Part shown: piece by piece, positions 19,772 to 28,774 of the stretch
Layout: every line of letters starts with the position of its first letter
Position numbering within the stretch: position 1 is the first letter of the stretch
NCBI GenBank assembly: GCA_035575905.1
Contig: DATLXL010000023.1
Span: 4,617-68,616 of the forward strand
DNA: 64,000 nt
Direction of reading: 5' to 3'
Source: Bradyrhizobium sp.
GTDB lineage: Bacteria > Pseudomonadota > Alphaproteobacteria > Rhizobiales > Xanthobacteraceae
The notes under the pieces: model-generated
Databases searched by the model: none
The model's input: only the letters and a program-made list of their open reading frames with translations
What the model was told of the DNA's origin: nothing
Position numbers and translations under genes: made by a program

Positions 19772-19791
19772 TGACCCGTCGAGGACGCGAC

Positions 19792-20469
19792 ATGGCCGCC
19801 AGCCTGAAACTCATCAGCCACAAGCTTTGCCCCTACGTGCAGCGCGCGGTGATCGCGCTGAACGAGAAGGGCATCCGGTTCGAGCGGATCGATATCGATC
19901 TCGCCAACAAGCCGGACTGGTTCTTGAAACTGTCACCGCTGGGCAAGGTGCCGCTCCTCGTCGTCGAACGCGATGGCCGCGAGGTCGCGCTGTTCGAGAG
20001 CAACGTGATCTGCGAATACATCGAGGACACGTTCGCGGAGGCCAAGCTCCATCCGCAGGATCCGCTCGTTCGCGCCGAGCACCGCGCCTGGATGGAATTC
20101 GGCTCGGCCATCCTCGGCGATTTGTGGGGGCTGGAGACCACGACCGATCCAACACTCTTCGAGACCAAGCGGCAGGCGGTGGCGGCCAAGTTTGCGCGTG
20201 TCGAGGCTGCGCTCGGCGCCGGTCCCTTCTTTGCCGGCGATCGCTTCAGCCTGGTCGACGCGGTGTTCGCGCCGATCTTCCGTTATTTCGATGTGTTCGA
20301 CGACCTCGCCGATCTTGCGATCCTTGCCGAAACGCCAAAGGTGCGCGCCTGGCGCGGCGAGCTTGCGAAACGGCCGAGCGCGCGTGGCGCGGTGTCGCCT
20401 GACTATCCCGATCTGCTGCGCGCCTTCCTCGTCCGCCACGACGCGCATCTGCTCAAGCTCGCCGCGTGA
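19792..20469 (+). CDS. Glutathione S-transferase family protein with Cys-type active site (omega/Grx2-like)
   Basis: GAGGA lies 6 nt upstream of ATG 19792. N-terminal thioredoxin-fold motif LISHKLCPYVQRAVIAL and KVPLL; C-terminal helical GST domain. Confidence 0.88.
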   Translation: MAASLKLISHKLCPYVQRAVIALNEKGIRFERIDIDLANKPDWFLKLSPLGKVPLLVVERDGREVALFESNVICEYIEDTFAEAKLHPQDPLVRAEHRAWMEFGSAILGDLWGLETTTDPTLFETKRQAVAAKFARVEAALGAGPFFAGDRFSLVDAVFAPIFRYFDVFDDLADLAILAETPKVRAWRGELAKRPSARGAVSPDYPDLLRAFLVRHDAHLLKLAA

Positions 20470-20547
20470 GGTGGCCTTGTCGCCAACGCTCGCCTGGCTC
20501 GCGCTTGTAACGGCCGGCCTCCTCGATGTCGGCTGGGCCCTGTCGAT

Positions 20548-20667
20548 GATGTAGGTGCGCACCGAGCCGAAGCCGAGTTCCTCGCACATCGCCTTGAGTT
20601 CGGTCATCGGCAGCTTGCCGGTGCCGCCGACATCGACGGCACGAAGCAGCGCGACGAACGCGGCCAC
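20548..20667 (-). pseudogene. Stub of a DUF1697-family gene (first ~40 codons only)
   Basis: GTG 20667 gives MAAFVALLRAVDVGGTGKLPMTELKAMCEELGFGSVRTYI, the conserved DUF1697 N-terminus. Similarity then ends and the frame runs antisense through the GST gene. Confidence 0.55.
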
Positions 20668-20671
20668 GGAT

Positions 20672-21319
20672 TTACCTGACGTTCGCCAGGCGCATGTCGA
20701 GATAGCCGGTGACCGCTTCCATCAGCGGCTCCAGCTTGCCGTCGAAGAAGTGGTTGGCGCCGGGGATGACCTGCTGGTCGATCACGATGCCCTTTTGCGT
20801 CTTCAGCTTCTCGACCAGCGTGTTGACGTCCTTCGGCGGCACCACGGCATCCTTCTCGCCATGCACGATCAGGCCCGAGGACGGGCAGGGCGCGAGGAAC
20901 GAGAAGTCGTAGAGGTTGGCCGGCGGCGCGATCGAGATGAAGCCCTCGACCTCGGGACGGCGCATCAGGAGCTGCATGCCGATCCAGGCGCCGAACGAGA
21001 AACCGGCGACCCAGCAGGCGCGCGCTTCCGGATTGATCGCCTGCGCCCAGTCGAGCGCGGAGGCCGCGTCCGACAATTCGCCGGTGCCGTGGTCGAACGA
21101 GCCCTGGCTGCGGCCGACGCCGCGGAAATTGAAGCGCAGCACCGAGAAGCCGCGATGCGCGAAGGCATAGTAGCACTGGTAGACGATCTGGTGGTTCATC
21201 GTGCCGTGAAACTGCGGGTGCGGATGCAGGATCATGGCAATGGGCGCGTTCTTCTGCTTCGCCGGGTGATAGCGGCCTTCGAGGCGGCCGGCAGGGCCGG
21301 TGAAAATCACTTCAGGCAT
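20672..21319 (-). CDS. Alpha/beta hydrolase fold protein
   Basis: 215 aa from ATG 21319 (MPEVIFTGPAGRLEGRY...). Nucleophile-elbow-like GFSFGAW. Length and pattern fit small serine hydrolases. Confidence 0.8.
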   Translation of the reverse strand: MPEVIFTGPAGRLEGRYHPAKQKNAPIAMILHPHPQFHGTMNHQIVYQCYYAFAHRGFSVLRFNFRGVGRSQGSFDHGTGELSDAASALDWAQAINPEARACWVAGFSFGAWIGMQLLMRRPEVEGFISIAPPANLYDFSFLAPCPSSGLIVHGEKDAVVPPKDVNTLVEKLKTQKGIVIDQQVIPGANHFFDGKLEPLMEAVTGYLDMRLANVR

Positions 21320-21569
21320 CGGAATCCCTCGATTGACGTCCATCCATCAATCGGTTGGAGCGGACCCTGTTCGCGTTGCACGAACAGAATGGCGCATGAA
21401 TTTGACGGCAGGCGCCGGAGGGCGGCGCGGTGGTGGGGCGCGTTCTAACATGACGCAAGGGGCAAAAATCAAGGAAATTCTCCGGCTTCGCAGCCGTGAA
21501 AGCGCTTCATCAGGTGTCTGTAAGCGGCTGGAAGGCTGAGGAAATTCGATCCGACCCGAGACGGCGTCC

Positions 21570-22520
21570 TCACCCGGAGACCTTGCTGCGGTCGAGCGAG
21601 GCAACCGTGCCACGATAGCGCCGGCTGCCGGAAACGGTGTGGCCGGTGTCGAAGCTCAGGTCGAAATCGCCTGATGGTTTGGATTGCATGCCGGTGACGC
21701 GGTCGAGATTGGCAAGCCGCGTGCGGTGGATACGCCCGATATTGAAACGGGAAAGTTCGCTTTCCGCCGCCGCCAGCGTGCCGCGGATCAGATGACTGGC
21801 GCCGTCGGCGAGGCTGTATTCGATGTAGTTGCCGGCCGACGAAATCCAGAGAATGTCGCGCGGCTCGATGCGGATGCTGCGCGGGCCGTCGCGCAGCCAG
21901 ATCGTTTGTGGCTGTTCGGCCGGCTGTTCGGCAGCCGGTGGCGAAATAATCTTCAATGCGCGCTGTGCCTCGCGCCGCGCTTCCATCAACCACAAGCCGC
22001 CGCCGATCAGGATGCAGGTCACGACATCCTTGCGGAACTCGTAGAGGACGGTAGCGGCCGACAGGCGAAAATCATAGGCGCTGCCGGCCAGCCACATGAT
22101 CAGTTTGCGCAAGCCCACCATTCCCGTGATGTGCACGGCCGAAAACGCCACCACGGCCGCGACCGCGAGCGCAACGCGAATAGCAGGCGCCGGCTCGCGG
22201 CGGATGCGCCTGACGATGGCGAGCAGCGCCGGCGTCAGCAGGATGATGACCGCGATGCTGGTCATGTCCCAGAGCAGAGGCATGCGGGGATCGTAGACGC
22301 CGCCGCGGCGCGCGATGTCATCGGCAGCCGACAGCGCGCCGATGATTCCGATGACGACGGAAACCGCCGCGACCGCGGCATAGGTGCGCCGGTCCTCGCC
22401 GGATATCCCGCGCAGCCAACCGCTTGTCCCGCCGGGTCTCGCTTCATCCCGGGGCGGCTGGTCTTGATCCCGAGCCGGCTTCGCAACGGGCCGATCTTGC
22501 GCATCCTTGACGTCGGTCAT
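21570..22520 (-). CDS. Membrane-anchored LytTR-domain DNA-binding protein
   Basis: About four TM helices, then a C-terminal LytTR domain (ILWISSAGNYIEYSLADGASHLIRGTLAAAESEL...IHRTRLANLDRV). Confidence 0.8.
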   Translation of the reverse strand: MTDVKDAQDRPVAKPARDQDQPPRDEARPGGTSGWLRGISGEDRRTYAAVAAVSVVIGIIGALSAADDIARRGGVYDPRMPLLWDMTSIAVIILLTPALLAIVRRIRREPAPAIRVALAVAAVVAFSAVHITGMVGLRKLIMWLAGSAYDFRLSAATVLYEFRKDVVTCILIGGGLWLMEARREAQRALKIISPPAAEQPAEQPQTIWLRDGPRSIRIEPRDILWISSAGNYIEYSLADGASHLIRGTLAAAESELSRFNIGRIHRTRLANLDRVTGMQSKPSGDFDLSFDTGHTVSGSRRYRGTVASLDRSKVSG

Positions 22521-22541
22521 GAGATTTCAGCGGAGCCGGGC

Positions 22542-23753
22542 ATGATGCAGGACAGCATATCACAGCCATCGGATGTGGCGCCCGTGCGCCGGATCGATCT
22601 GGACTGGGTTCGGATCGGGGCCTTCGGCCTGCTGATCTTCTACCACGTCGGCATGTTCTATGTGCCCTGGGTCTGGCACATCAAAAGCGCGCAGCCCGTC
22701 GCGGCGCTGGAACCGCTGATGCTGCTGCTCAATCCCTGGCGGCTGGCGCTGTTGTTCCTGGTTTCCGGCGTCGCCACCCGCTTCATGCTGCGCAAGACCA
22801 CGGCCGGCGCGCTGCTCCGCGCGCGCTCGTCGCGGCTGCTGGTTCCCCTGATCTTCGGCATGCTCGTGATCGTGCCGCCGCAGGCCTACATCCAGATCGT
22901 CGAGGGGCCCGGCTATGCCGGCGGCTTCATCGACTTCTATCTGGAGCACTATTTCGCTTTCGGCAAAGCGTTCTGCCCCAAGCCCTGCATCATCCTGCCG
23001 ACCTGGAATCACCTCTGGTTCGTGGCCTATCTCTGGATTTACACCATGGCGCTGGGCCTCGTGGTGATGGCGATGCCGGGAGTGGTGCAGCGGCTCGAGC
23101 GCCGGCTGGCGTCGTTGTTGTCAGGCGCGTGGCTGCTCATCGTGCCGTCGCTGCTGTTCGGTGTTTTCCGCCTGACCTTGCTGCCGTATTTTCCCTCGAC
23201 CCATGCGCTGTTCGGCGACTGGTATAATCACGCCCTGTTCGCGAGCGTGTTCCTGCTCGGCTTTCTGCTGGCGCATGCGGTGCCGTTCTGGGAGGTGGTC
23301 GAGCGGCAGCGCTGGATCGCGCTCATCCTGGCGCTGGCGCTATTCGCATCATGGCTCATGCTGCGCTCGGTGCGCGACGGCGGCATGCCGCTCAGGCTCT
23401 ATGCCGGCTTTGCCTATGGCTTCTATCAGTGGCTCGCCATCGTCGCGGTCCTTGGCTTTGCGCGGCGTTGGATGACGAGGGACTCCGCGGCGCGCCGTTA
23501 TCTCACCGATGCGATCTTTCCCTATTACATCGTGCACCAGACCGCGATCATCATGATCGCGCATGCCCTGCGCGGCAGCGGGATTTCGGCCGGCGCCGAG
23601 GCGGCCATTATCATCGGCGGCACCGCGGCGACCTGCATTGCCACGTATGAGATGGTGCGGCGCGTCGCCTGGCTGAGGCCGCTGTTCGGGTTGAAGGCCG
23701 GCTTGGTGGGGCCAATTGTCCCGGTGCAGGCGCGGCAGCAGGGGGCGAATTAA
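22542..23753 (+). CDS. Acyltransferase-3 family integral membrane protein (OpgC/OafA-like)
   Basis: ATG 22542 inside ORF 21684..23753. RIDLDWVRIGAFGLLIFYHVGMFY start and about 10 TM helices. The upstream 286 codons of the tracked ORF are antisense to the LytTR gene. Confidence 0.8.
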   Translation: MMQDSISQPSDVAPVRRIDLDWVRIGAFGLLIFYHVGMFYVPWVWHIKSAQPVAALEPLMLLLNPWRLALLFLVSGVATRFMLRKTTAGALLRARSSRLLVPLIFGMLVIVPPQAYIQIVEGPGYAGGFIDFYLEHYFAFGKAFCPKPCIILPTWNHLWFVAYLWIYTMALGLVVMAMPGVVQRLERRLASLLSGAWLLIVPSLLFGVFRLTLLPYFPSTHALFGDWYNHALFASVFLLGFLLAHAVPFWEVVERQRWIALILALALFASWLMLRSVRDGGMPLRLYAGFAYGFYQWLAIVAVLGFARRWMTRDSAARRYLTDAIFPYYIVHQTAIIMIAHALRGSGISAGAEAAIIIGGTAATCIATYEMVRRVAWLRPLFGLKAGLVGPIVPVQARQQGAN

Positions 23754-23798
23754 CGATTTCGCCGCCCAACGCGTACCGGCAGCACCGGAACGCGCTAT

Positions 23799-24959
23799 AT
23801 GGCTGGCATGGCGACGCGCATCTATCTCGACTGGAACGCGACCACGCCGCTGCGCCGCGAAGCGAAAGCGGCGATGGCGCAGGCGTGGGAGATCGGCGGC
23901 AATCCGTCCTCGGTGCATGCCGAGGGCCGCGAGGCGCGGCGCCTTGTGGAAGGGGCGCGCGCGGCGGTTGCCGCAGCCGTCGGTGCCGAGGCGGCCAACG
24001 TGATCTTCACCTCCGGCGGAACGGAGGCTAACTCGCTGGCGCTGACGCCAGGCCTGCGGCGCGGCAAGGGGCCCGCGGTTCAGCGCCTGCTGACATCGGC
24101 GATCGAACATGCCTCGGTGCTGTCGGGCGGTCGCTTCGCCTCTGATGCCGTGGGCCGCATCGGTGTCACGCGTGAGGGCATCGTCGATCTCGATCGCCTG
24201 CGCATGCTGCTCGACGCGCCGCCGGCGCTGGTCTCCATCATGCTCGCCAACAACGAGACCGGCGCCATCCAGCCGGTGGCGGAAGCCGCAAGGCTCGTCC
24301 ATGAAGCCGGCGGGCTGCTGCATGTCGACGCCGTCCAGGCGCTGGGAAAAACCCATTTCGATGTCGCCTCCACCGGCGCCGATCTCATCTCGCTGTCGGC
24401 GCACAAGATCGGCGGGCCCAAGGGCGTCGGCGCGCTGGTGCTGGCCGACGGCGTCGGAGGTCTGGCGCCGCTGCTGCGCGGGGGAGGCCAAGAGAAGGGC
24501 CGCCGGGCGGGCACGGAGGACGTTGCGGGGATCGCCGGCTTTGGAGCGGCCGCGAAGGCGGCCCTGGCTTGCCGGGAGTCAGACGCGCGCCGTGTGGAGG
24601 GACTGCGGGACCGGTTGGAGACGGGTCTTGCGCAGACGCCGGGGGCGGTGGTGTTCGCCCAGAGGGCAGAACGGTTGCCAAATACCATTCTTTTCGCTAT
24701 TCCCGGCTTGCGCGCCGAAACAGCTGTCATCGGCTTCGATCTTGCCGGTATCGCGGTCTCTTCGGGTTCCGCCTGCTCGTCCGGGAAGGTCCAGCCCTCG
24801 CACGTGGTCGAGGCCATGGGCTATGGCGCCGACCTGGCCCAGGGAGCGGTGCGGCTCAGTCTGGGCTGGTCCACGGCCGAGGCAGACATTGATTCAGCCC
24901 TGGAGGCTTGGCGAAAGCTCGCTGATAGCTTACTTAAAGACCGACGAAACACAGCTTGA
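23799..24959 (+). CDS. Cysteine desulfurase (NifS/IscS-like, class V aminotransferase)
   Basis: PLP-lysine context SLSAHKIGGPKGVG and catalytic-Cys loop SSGSACSSG. Sits directly upstream of sufB. Confidence 0.88.
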   Translation: MAGMATRIYLDWNATTPLRREAKAAMAQAWEIGGNPSSVHAEGREARRLVEGARAAVAAAVGAEAANVIFTSGGTEANSLALTPGLRRGKGPAVQRLLTSAIEHASVLSGGRFASDAVGRIGVTREGIVDLDRLRMLLDAPPALVSIMLANNETGAIQPVAEAARLVHEAGGLLHVDAVQALGKTHFDVASTGADLISLSAHKIGGPKGVGALVLADGVGGLAPLLRGGGQEKGRRAGTEDVAGIAGFGAAAKAALACRESDARRVEGLRDRLETGLAQTPGAVVFAQRAERLPNTILFAIPGLRAETAVIGFDLAGIAVSSGSACSSGKVQPSHVVEAMGYGADLAQGAVRLSLGWSTAEADIDSALEAWRKLADSLLKDRRNTA

Positions 24960-24972
24960 AACGTTCTAAGCT
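24953..24972. promoter_or_regulatory. Imperfect palindrome resembling an Irr iron-control element (ICE), upstream of sufB
   Basis: AGCTTGAAACGTTCTAAGCT is 16/20 self-complementary. GCTTGAA-ACG-TTCTAAG compared with remembered ICE TTTAGAA-N3-TTCTAAA matches 10/14 half-site positions. Confidence 0.3.
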
Positions 24973-25047
24973 GATTTCACGGGTGCGTCGTACCGAAATT
25001 TTCGACCTGTTCCACCGCGGTCCTTGAAACCGCGAGCGGAGGATGGA

Positions 25048-26559
25048 ATGCCAGCCGTACAAGAGACGGTCGACCGCGTCAGGCGGGTCGACGTCGACCA
25101 GTATCGATATGGGTTCGAGACGATCATCGAATCCGAGAAGGCGCCCAAGGGGTTGTCCGAAGATACGGTCCGCTTCATCTCGGCCAAGAAGAACGAGCCT
25201 GCCTGGATGCTGGAATGGCGTCTGGAGGCCTATCGCCGCTGGCTGACCATGACCGAGCCGACCTGGGCCCGCGTCAACTATCCGAAGATCGACTACCAGG
25301 ACCTCTATTACTACGCGGCGCCGAAGCCGAAGAAACAGCTCTCCTCGATCGACGAGATCGATCCGGAGATTCTCAAGACCTACGAGAAGCTCGGCATTCC
25401 CCTGCGCGAAGTCGCTATCCTCGAAGGCGTTGTGAAGCCGGAAGCCGCCGGCGAAGACGGTGAGCCGGCGCCGGCGCGCTCGAAGATCGCGGTCGACGCC
25501 GTGTTCGACTCCGTGTCCGTCGCCACCACCTTCAAGGAAGAGCTGATGAAGGCCGGCGTGATCTTCATGCCGATCTCGGAGGCGATCCGCGAGCATCCCG
25601 ATCTGGTGAAGAAGTATCTGGGATCGGTGGTGCCGACCTCGGACAATTTCTTCGCGACACTGAACTCGGCGGTGTTTTCCGACGGCTCGTTCGTCTACGT
25701 GCCGCCGGGCGTGCGCTGCCCGATGGAGTTGTCGACGTATTTCCGCATCAACGAGCGCAACACCGGCCAGTTCGAGCGCACGCTGATCATCGCCGACAAG
25801 GGCTCCTATGTGAGCTATCTCGAAGGCTGCACCGCGCCGCAGCGCGACGAAAACCAGCTGCATGCCGCCGTCGTCGAGCTGGTCGCGCACGACGACGCCG
25901 AGATCAAGTATTCGACGGTGCAGAACTGGTACCCCGGCAATTCGGAAGGCGTCGGCGGCATCTACAATTTCGTCACCAAGCGCGGCGACTGCCGCGGCAA
26001 CAACTCCAAGATTTCCTGGACCCAGGTCGAGACCGGTTCGGCGATCACCTGGAAGTATCCGAGCTGTATCCTGCGCGGCGACAATTCGCGTGGCGAGTTC
26101 TATTCGATCGCGATCTCGAACGGTTTCCAGCAGGTCGACAGCGGCACCAAGATGATTCATCTGGGCAAGAACACGACCAGCCGGATCATCTCCAAGGGCA
26201 TTGCGGCCGGCAAGTCGCAGAACACCTATCGCGGCCTCGTCACCGCCCACCGCAAGGCCACCGGCGCGCGCAACTTCACCGCTTGCGACTCGCTCTTGAT
26301 CGGCGACAAGTGCGGTGCGCACACCGTGCCCTATGTCGAGGCGAAGAACTCGTCGGCCACGTTCGAGCACGAAGCGACGACGTCCAAGATCTCGGAGGAC
26401 GTGCTGTTCTACTGCATCCAGCGCGGGCTCAGCCAGGAAGAAGCCGTCGGCCTCGTCGTCAACGGCTTCGTCAAGGACGTGCTGCAGCAACTGCCGATGG
26501 AGTTCGCCGTCGAGGCGCAAAAGCTGATCTCGATCTCGCTGGAGGGATCGGTCGGTTAG
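25048..26559 (+). CDS. sufB: Fe-S cluster assembly scaffold protein SufB
   Basis: 503 aa from ATG 25048, with highly conserved SufB sequence (e.g. [32 protein letters not shown]). Confidence 0.95.
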   Translation: MPAVQETVDRVRRVDVDQYRYGFETIIESEKAPKGLSEDTVRFISAKKNEPAWMLEWRLEAYRRWLTMTEPTWARVNYPKIDYQDLYYYAAPKPKKQLSSIDEIDPEILKTYEKLGIPLREVAILEGVVKPEAAGEDGEPAPARSKIAVDAVFDSVSVATTFKEELMKAGVIFMPISEAIREHPDLVKKYLGSVVPTSDNFFATLNSAVFSDGSFVYVPPGVRCPMELSTYFRINERNTGQFERTLIIADKGSYVSYLEGCTAPQRDENQLHAAVVELVAHDDAEIKYSTVQNWYPGNSEGVGGIYNFVTKRGDCRGNNSKISWTQVETGSAITWKYPSCILRGDNSRGEFYSIAISNGFQQVDSGTKMIHLGKNTTSRIISKGIAAGKSQNTYRGLVTAHRKATGARNFTACDSLLIGDKCGAHTVPYVEAKNSSATFEHEATTSKISEDVLFYCIQRGLSQEEAVGLVVNGFVKDVLQQLPMEFAVEAQKLISISLEGSVG

Positions 26560-26565
26560 TTCAGA

Positions 26566-26661
26566 CCTCATCCTGAGGAGGCCGCGGAACGCGGCCGTCT
26601 CGAAGGATGGATTGTTGGCCTCACCCTTCGAGACGCGCCTTCGGCGCTCCTCAGGATGAGG
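26566..26661. repeat. REP-like element pair inside the suf operon (sufB-sufC spacer)
   Basis: CCTCATCCTGAGGAGGCCGCGGAACGCGGCCGTCTCGAAGGATGG, and in inverted orientation the reverse complement of ...CCTTCGAGACGCGCCTTCGGCGCTCCTCAGGATGAGG. Each unit has an internal GC hairpin. Confidence 0.7.
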
Positions 26662-26680
26662 GGATAGATGGAAAAAGGTA

Positions 26681-27433
26681 ATGTCCCTGCTTGAAGTGAA
26701 AAACCTGCAAGTCCGTGTCGAGGAGCGCGAGATTCTCCACGGGCTGACGCTCACGGTGAATCCGGGCGAGGTGCACGCGATCATGGGGCCGAACGGCTCC
26801 GGAAAATCGACGCTCTCGCATGTCATTGCCGGCAAGCCCGGCTATGAAGTCACCGGCGGCCAGATCCTTTTCAAGGGCGAGGACCTCCTGGAGATGGAGC
26901 CGAACGAGCGCGCTGCAAAGGGCGTGTTCCTCGCGTTCCAGTATCCGGTCGAAATTCCCGGTGTTGCTACCATGAACTTCCTGCGCAGCGCGCTGAACGC
27001 GCAGCGCAAGGCGCGCGGCGAGAGCGAGTTCTCGACGCCGGACTTTCTCAAGAAAGTCCGCGAGGTCGCCAAATCGCTGAACATTCCGCAGGACATGCTC
27101 AAGCGCGGCGTCAATGTCGGCTTCTCCGGCGGCGAAAAGAAGCGCAACGAGATTCTGCAGATGGCGCTGTTCGAGCCGAGCCTGTGTATCCTCGACGAGA
27201 TGGACTCGGGCCTGGACATCGACGCACTGCGCATCGCAGCCGACGGCGTCAACGCGCTGCGCTCGCCGGATCGGGCGATGGTCGTCATCACCCATTATCA
27301 GCGGCTGCTGAACTACATCGTGCCCGACGTCGTCCACGTGATGTCGAAGGGCAGGGTGGTGAAGAGCGGCGGCAAGGAGCTGGCGCTGGAGCTGGAAGAG
27401 TCCGGCTACGCCCAGTTCGAGGACGCGGCCTGA
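26681..27433 (+). CDS. sufC: Fe-S cluster assembly ATPase SufC
   Basis: Walker A GPNGSGKST, ABC signature FSGGEKKR, Walker B LCILDEMDSGLD. Confidence 0.95.
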   Translation: MSLLEVKNLQVRVEEREILHGLTLTVNPGEVHAIMGPNGSGKSTLSHVIAGKPGYEVTGGQILFKGEDLLEMEPNERAAKGVFLAFQYPVEIPGVATMNFLRSALNAQRKARGESEFSTPDFLKKVREVAKSLNIPQDMLKRGVNVGFSGGEKKRNEILQMALFEPSLCILDEMDSGLDIDALRIAADGVNALRSPDRAMVVITHYQRLLNYIVPDVVHVMSKGRVVKSGGKELALELEESGYAQFEDAA

Positions 27434-27451
27434 CGGCTGGATGGAGCTGCG

Positions 27452-28774
27452 ATGAACATTGTCTTGGCAAAGACCGATACTGGACACGCGCTGAGCGATG
27501 CCTTTGCCGTCGCGCGCGAGCGTCTGCCGGCCGCCGGCAATGTCGCCGAGCTGCGGCGCCAGGCGCTCGAGGCTTACGAGCGCAGCGGCCTGCCGCATCG
27601 CCGGATCGAGGACTGGAAGTATACGGACCTCCGCGTGCTCGTGCGCGAGGTGCTGCCGATCGCGGCCGCGCCGGATGCGGCTGCGCTGAAGCGCGCCGAG
27701 GCCGCGCTGAAAGCCGACGCGATCGCAGGCGTACGCCGGCTGGTGCTGGTGGACGGGTCGTTTGCGCCGAAGCTTTCGGATATCGCCGGCCTGGACAAGG
27801 GCCTGACCATCCGTTCGCTGCGCGAGGCGCTGGATGGCGGCGATGCCGCGCTGCAGGCGCAACTGTTCTCGCTCGATGCGTCCAATCCCATGGTGGCGCT
27901 CAACAGCGCCATGCTGACCGACGGCATCGTGATCGAGGTGGCCGACGGCATGGCGCTGTCGCAGCCCATGCATGTCGTGCATATCGCCACGGCAAGCGCG
28001 GCTTCGATGTTCACCCGCTCGCTGCTGCGTCTCGGCAACAATGCCGCGGCTACGCTGGTCGAGAGCTATGTCGCCGCCGATGCCGCGAAGGGCTACCAGG
28101 CACATGACTCGCTGGTGATCGCGATCGGCGACAACGCCCGGCTCGACCATGTTCGCCTGGTCGAGGACGCCAACGACGCCGTCAACATTTGCTCGGCCGC
28201 CGTCACGCTCGGTGCCCACGCGCACTGCAACACCTTTGGCCTGACCTCGGGCGCGGCCGTCAGCCGCTACCAGGCGAACATCGCCTTTGCCGGCGAGGGC
28301 TCGCGGGTCGAAACCAACGGCGTCAATTTGCTCAAGGGCCGCCAGCACGCCGACACCACGCTGCTGATGGACCACGCGGTGCCGCATTGCGACAGCCGCG
28401 AGGTGTTCCGCGCCGTCGTCGACGATGCCGCCCATTCGGTGTTCCAGGGCCGCATTATCGTCCGACCCGACGCGCAGAAGACCGATGCCAGGATGATGAC
28501 ACGGGCGCTGCTGCTCTCCGACGATGCCGAGGCCGACAACAAGCCGGAGCTGGAGATATTTGCCGACGACGTCACCTGCGGCCATGGCGCGACGTCCGGC
28601 GCGCTGGACGAGAGCCTGCTGTTCTATCTGCGCGCCCGCGGGCTGCCGGAGAAGGAAGCGCAGGCGCTGCTGATCCAGGCTTTCGTCGGCGAAGCCATCG
28701 AATCCATCGCCAGCGAATCCCTGCGCGAGTTCGCGGCATCGCGCGCCGAACGCTGGCTGAGGGCGCGCGCATGA
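27452..28774 (+). CDS. sufD: Fe-S cluster assembly protein SufD
   Basis: 440 aa between sufC and sufS. The C-terminal beta-helix region is similar to SufB/SufD (LLLSDDAEADNKPELEIFADDVTCGHGAT). Confidence 0.9.
   Translation: MNIVLAKTDTGHALSDAFAVARERLPAAGNVAELRRQALEAYERSGLPHRRIEDWKYTDLRVLVREVLPIAAAPDAAALKRAEAALKADAIAGVRRLVLVDGSFAPKLSDIAGLDKGLTIRSLREALDGGDAALQAQLFSLDASNPMVALNSAMLTDGIVIEVADGMALSQPMHVVHIATASAASMFTRSLLRLGNNAAATLVESYVAADAAKGYQAHDSLVIAIGDNARLDHVRLVEDANDAVNICSAAVTLGAHAHCNTFGLTSGAAVSRYQANIAFAGEGSRVETNGVNLLKGRQHADTTLLMDHAVPHCDSREVFRAVVDDAAHSVFQGRIIVRPDAQKTDARMMTRALLLSDDAEADNKPELEIFADDVTCGHGATSGALDESLLFYLRARGLPEKEAQALLIQAFVGEAIESIASESLREFAASRAERWLRARA

Noticed and set aside
19933-20667. 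244-aa ORF on the minus strand overlapping the GST gene
   Set aside because: Only the first 40 residues (DUF1697-like) are meaningful. The rest is antisense read-through of the GST gene. It is reported as a truncated remnant instead.
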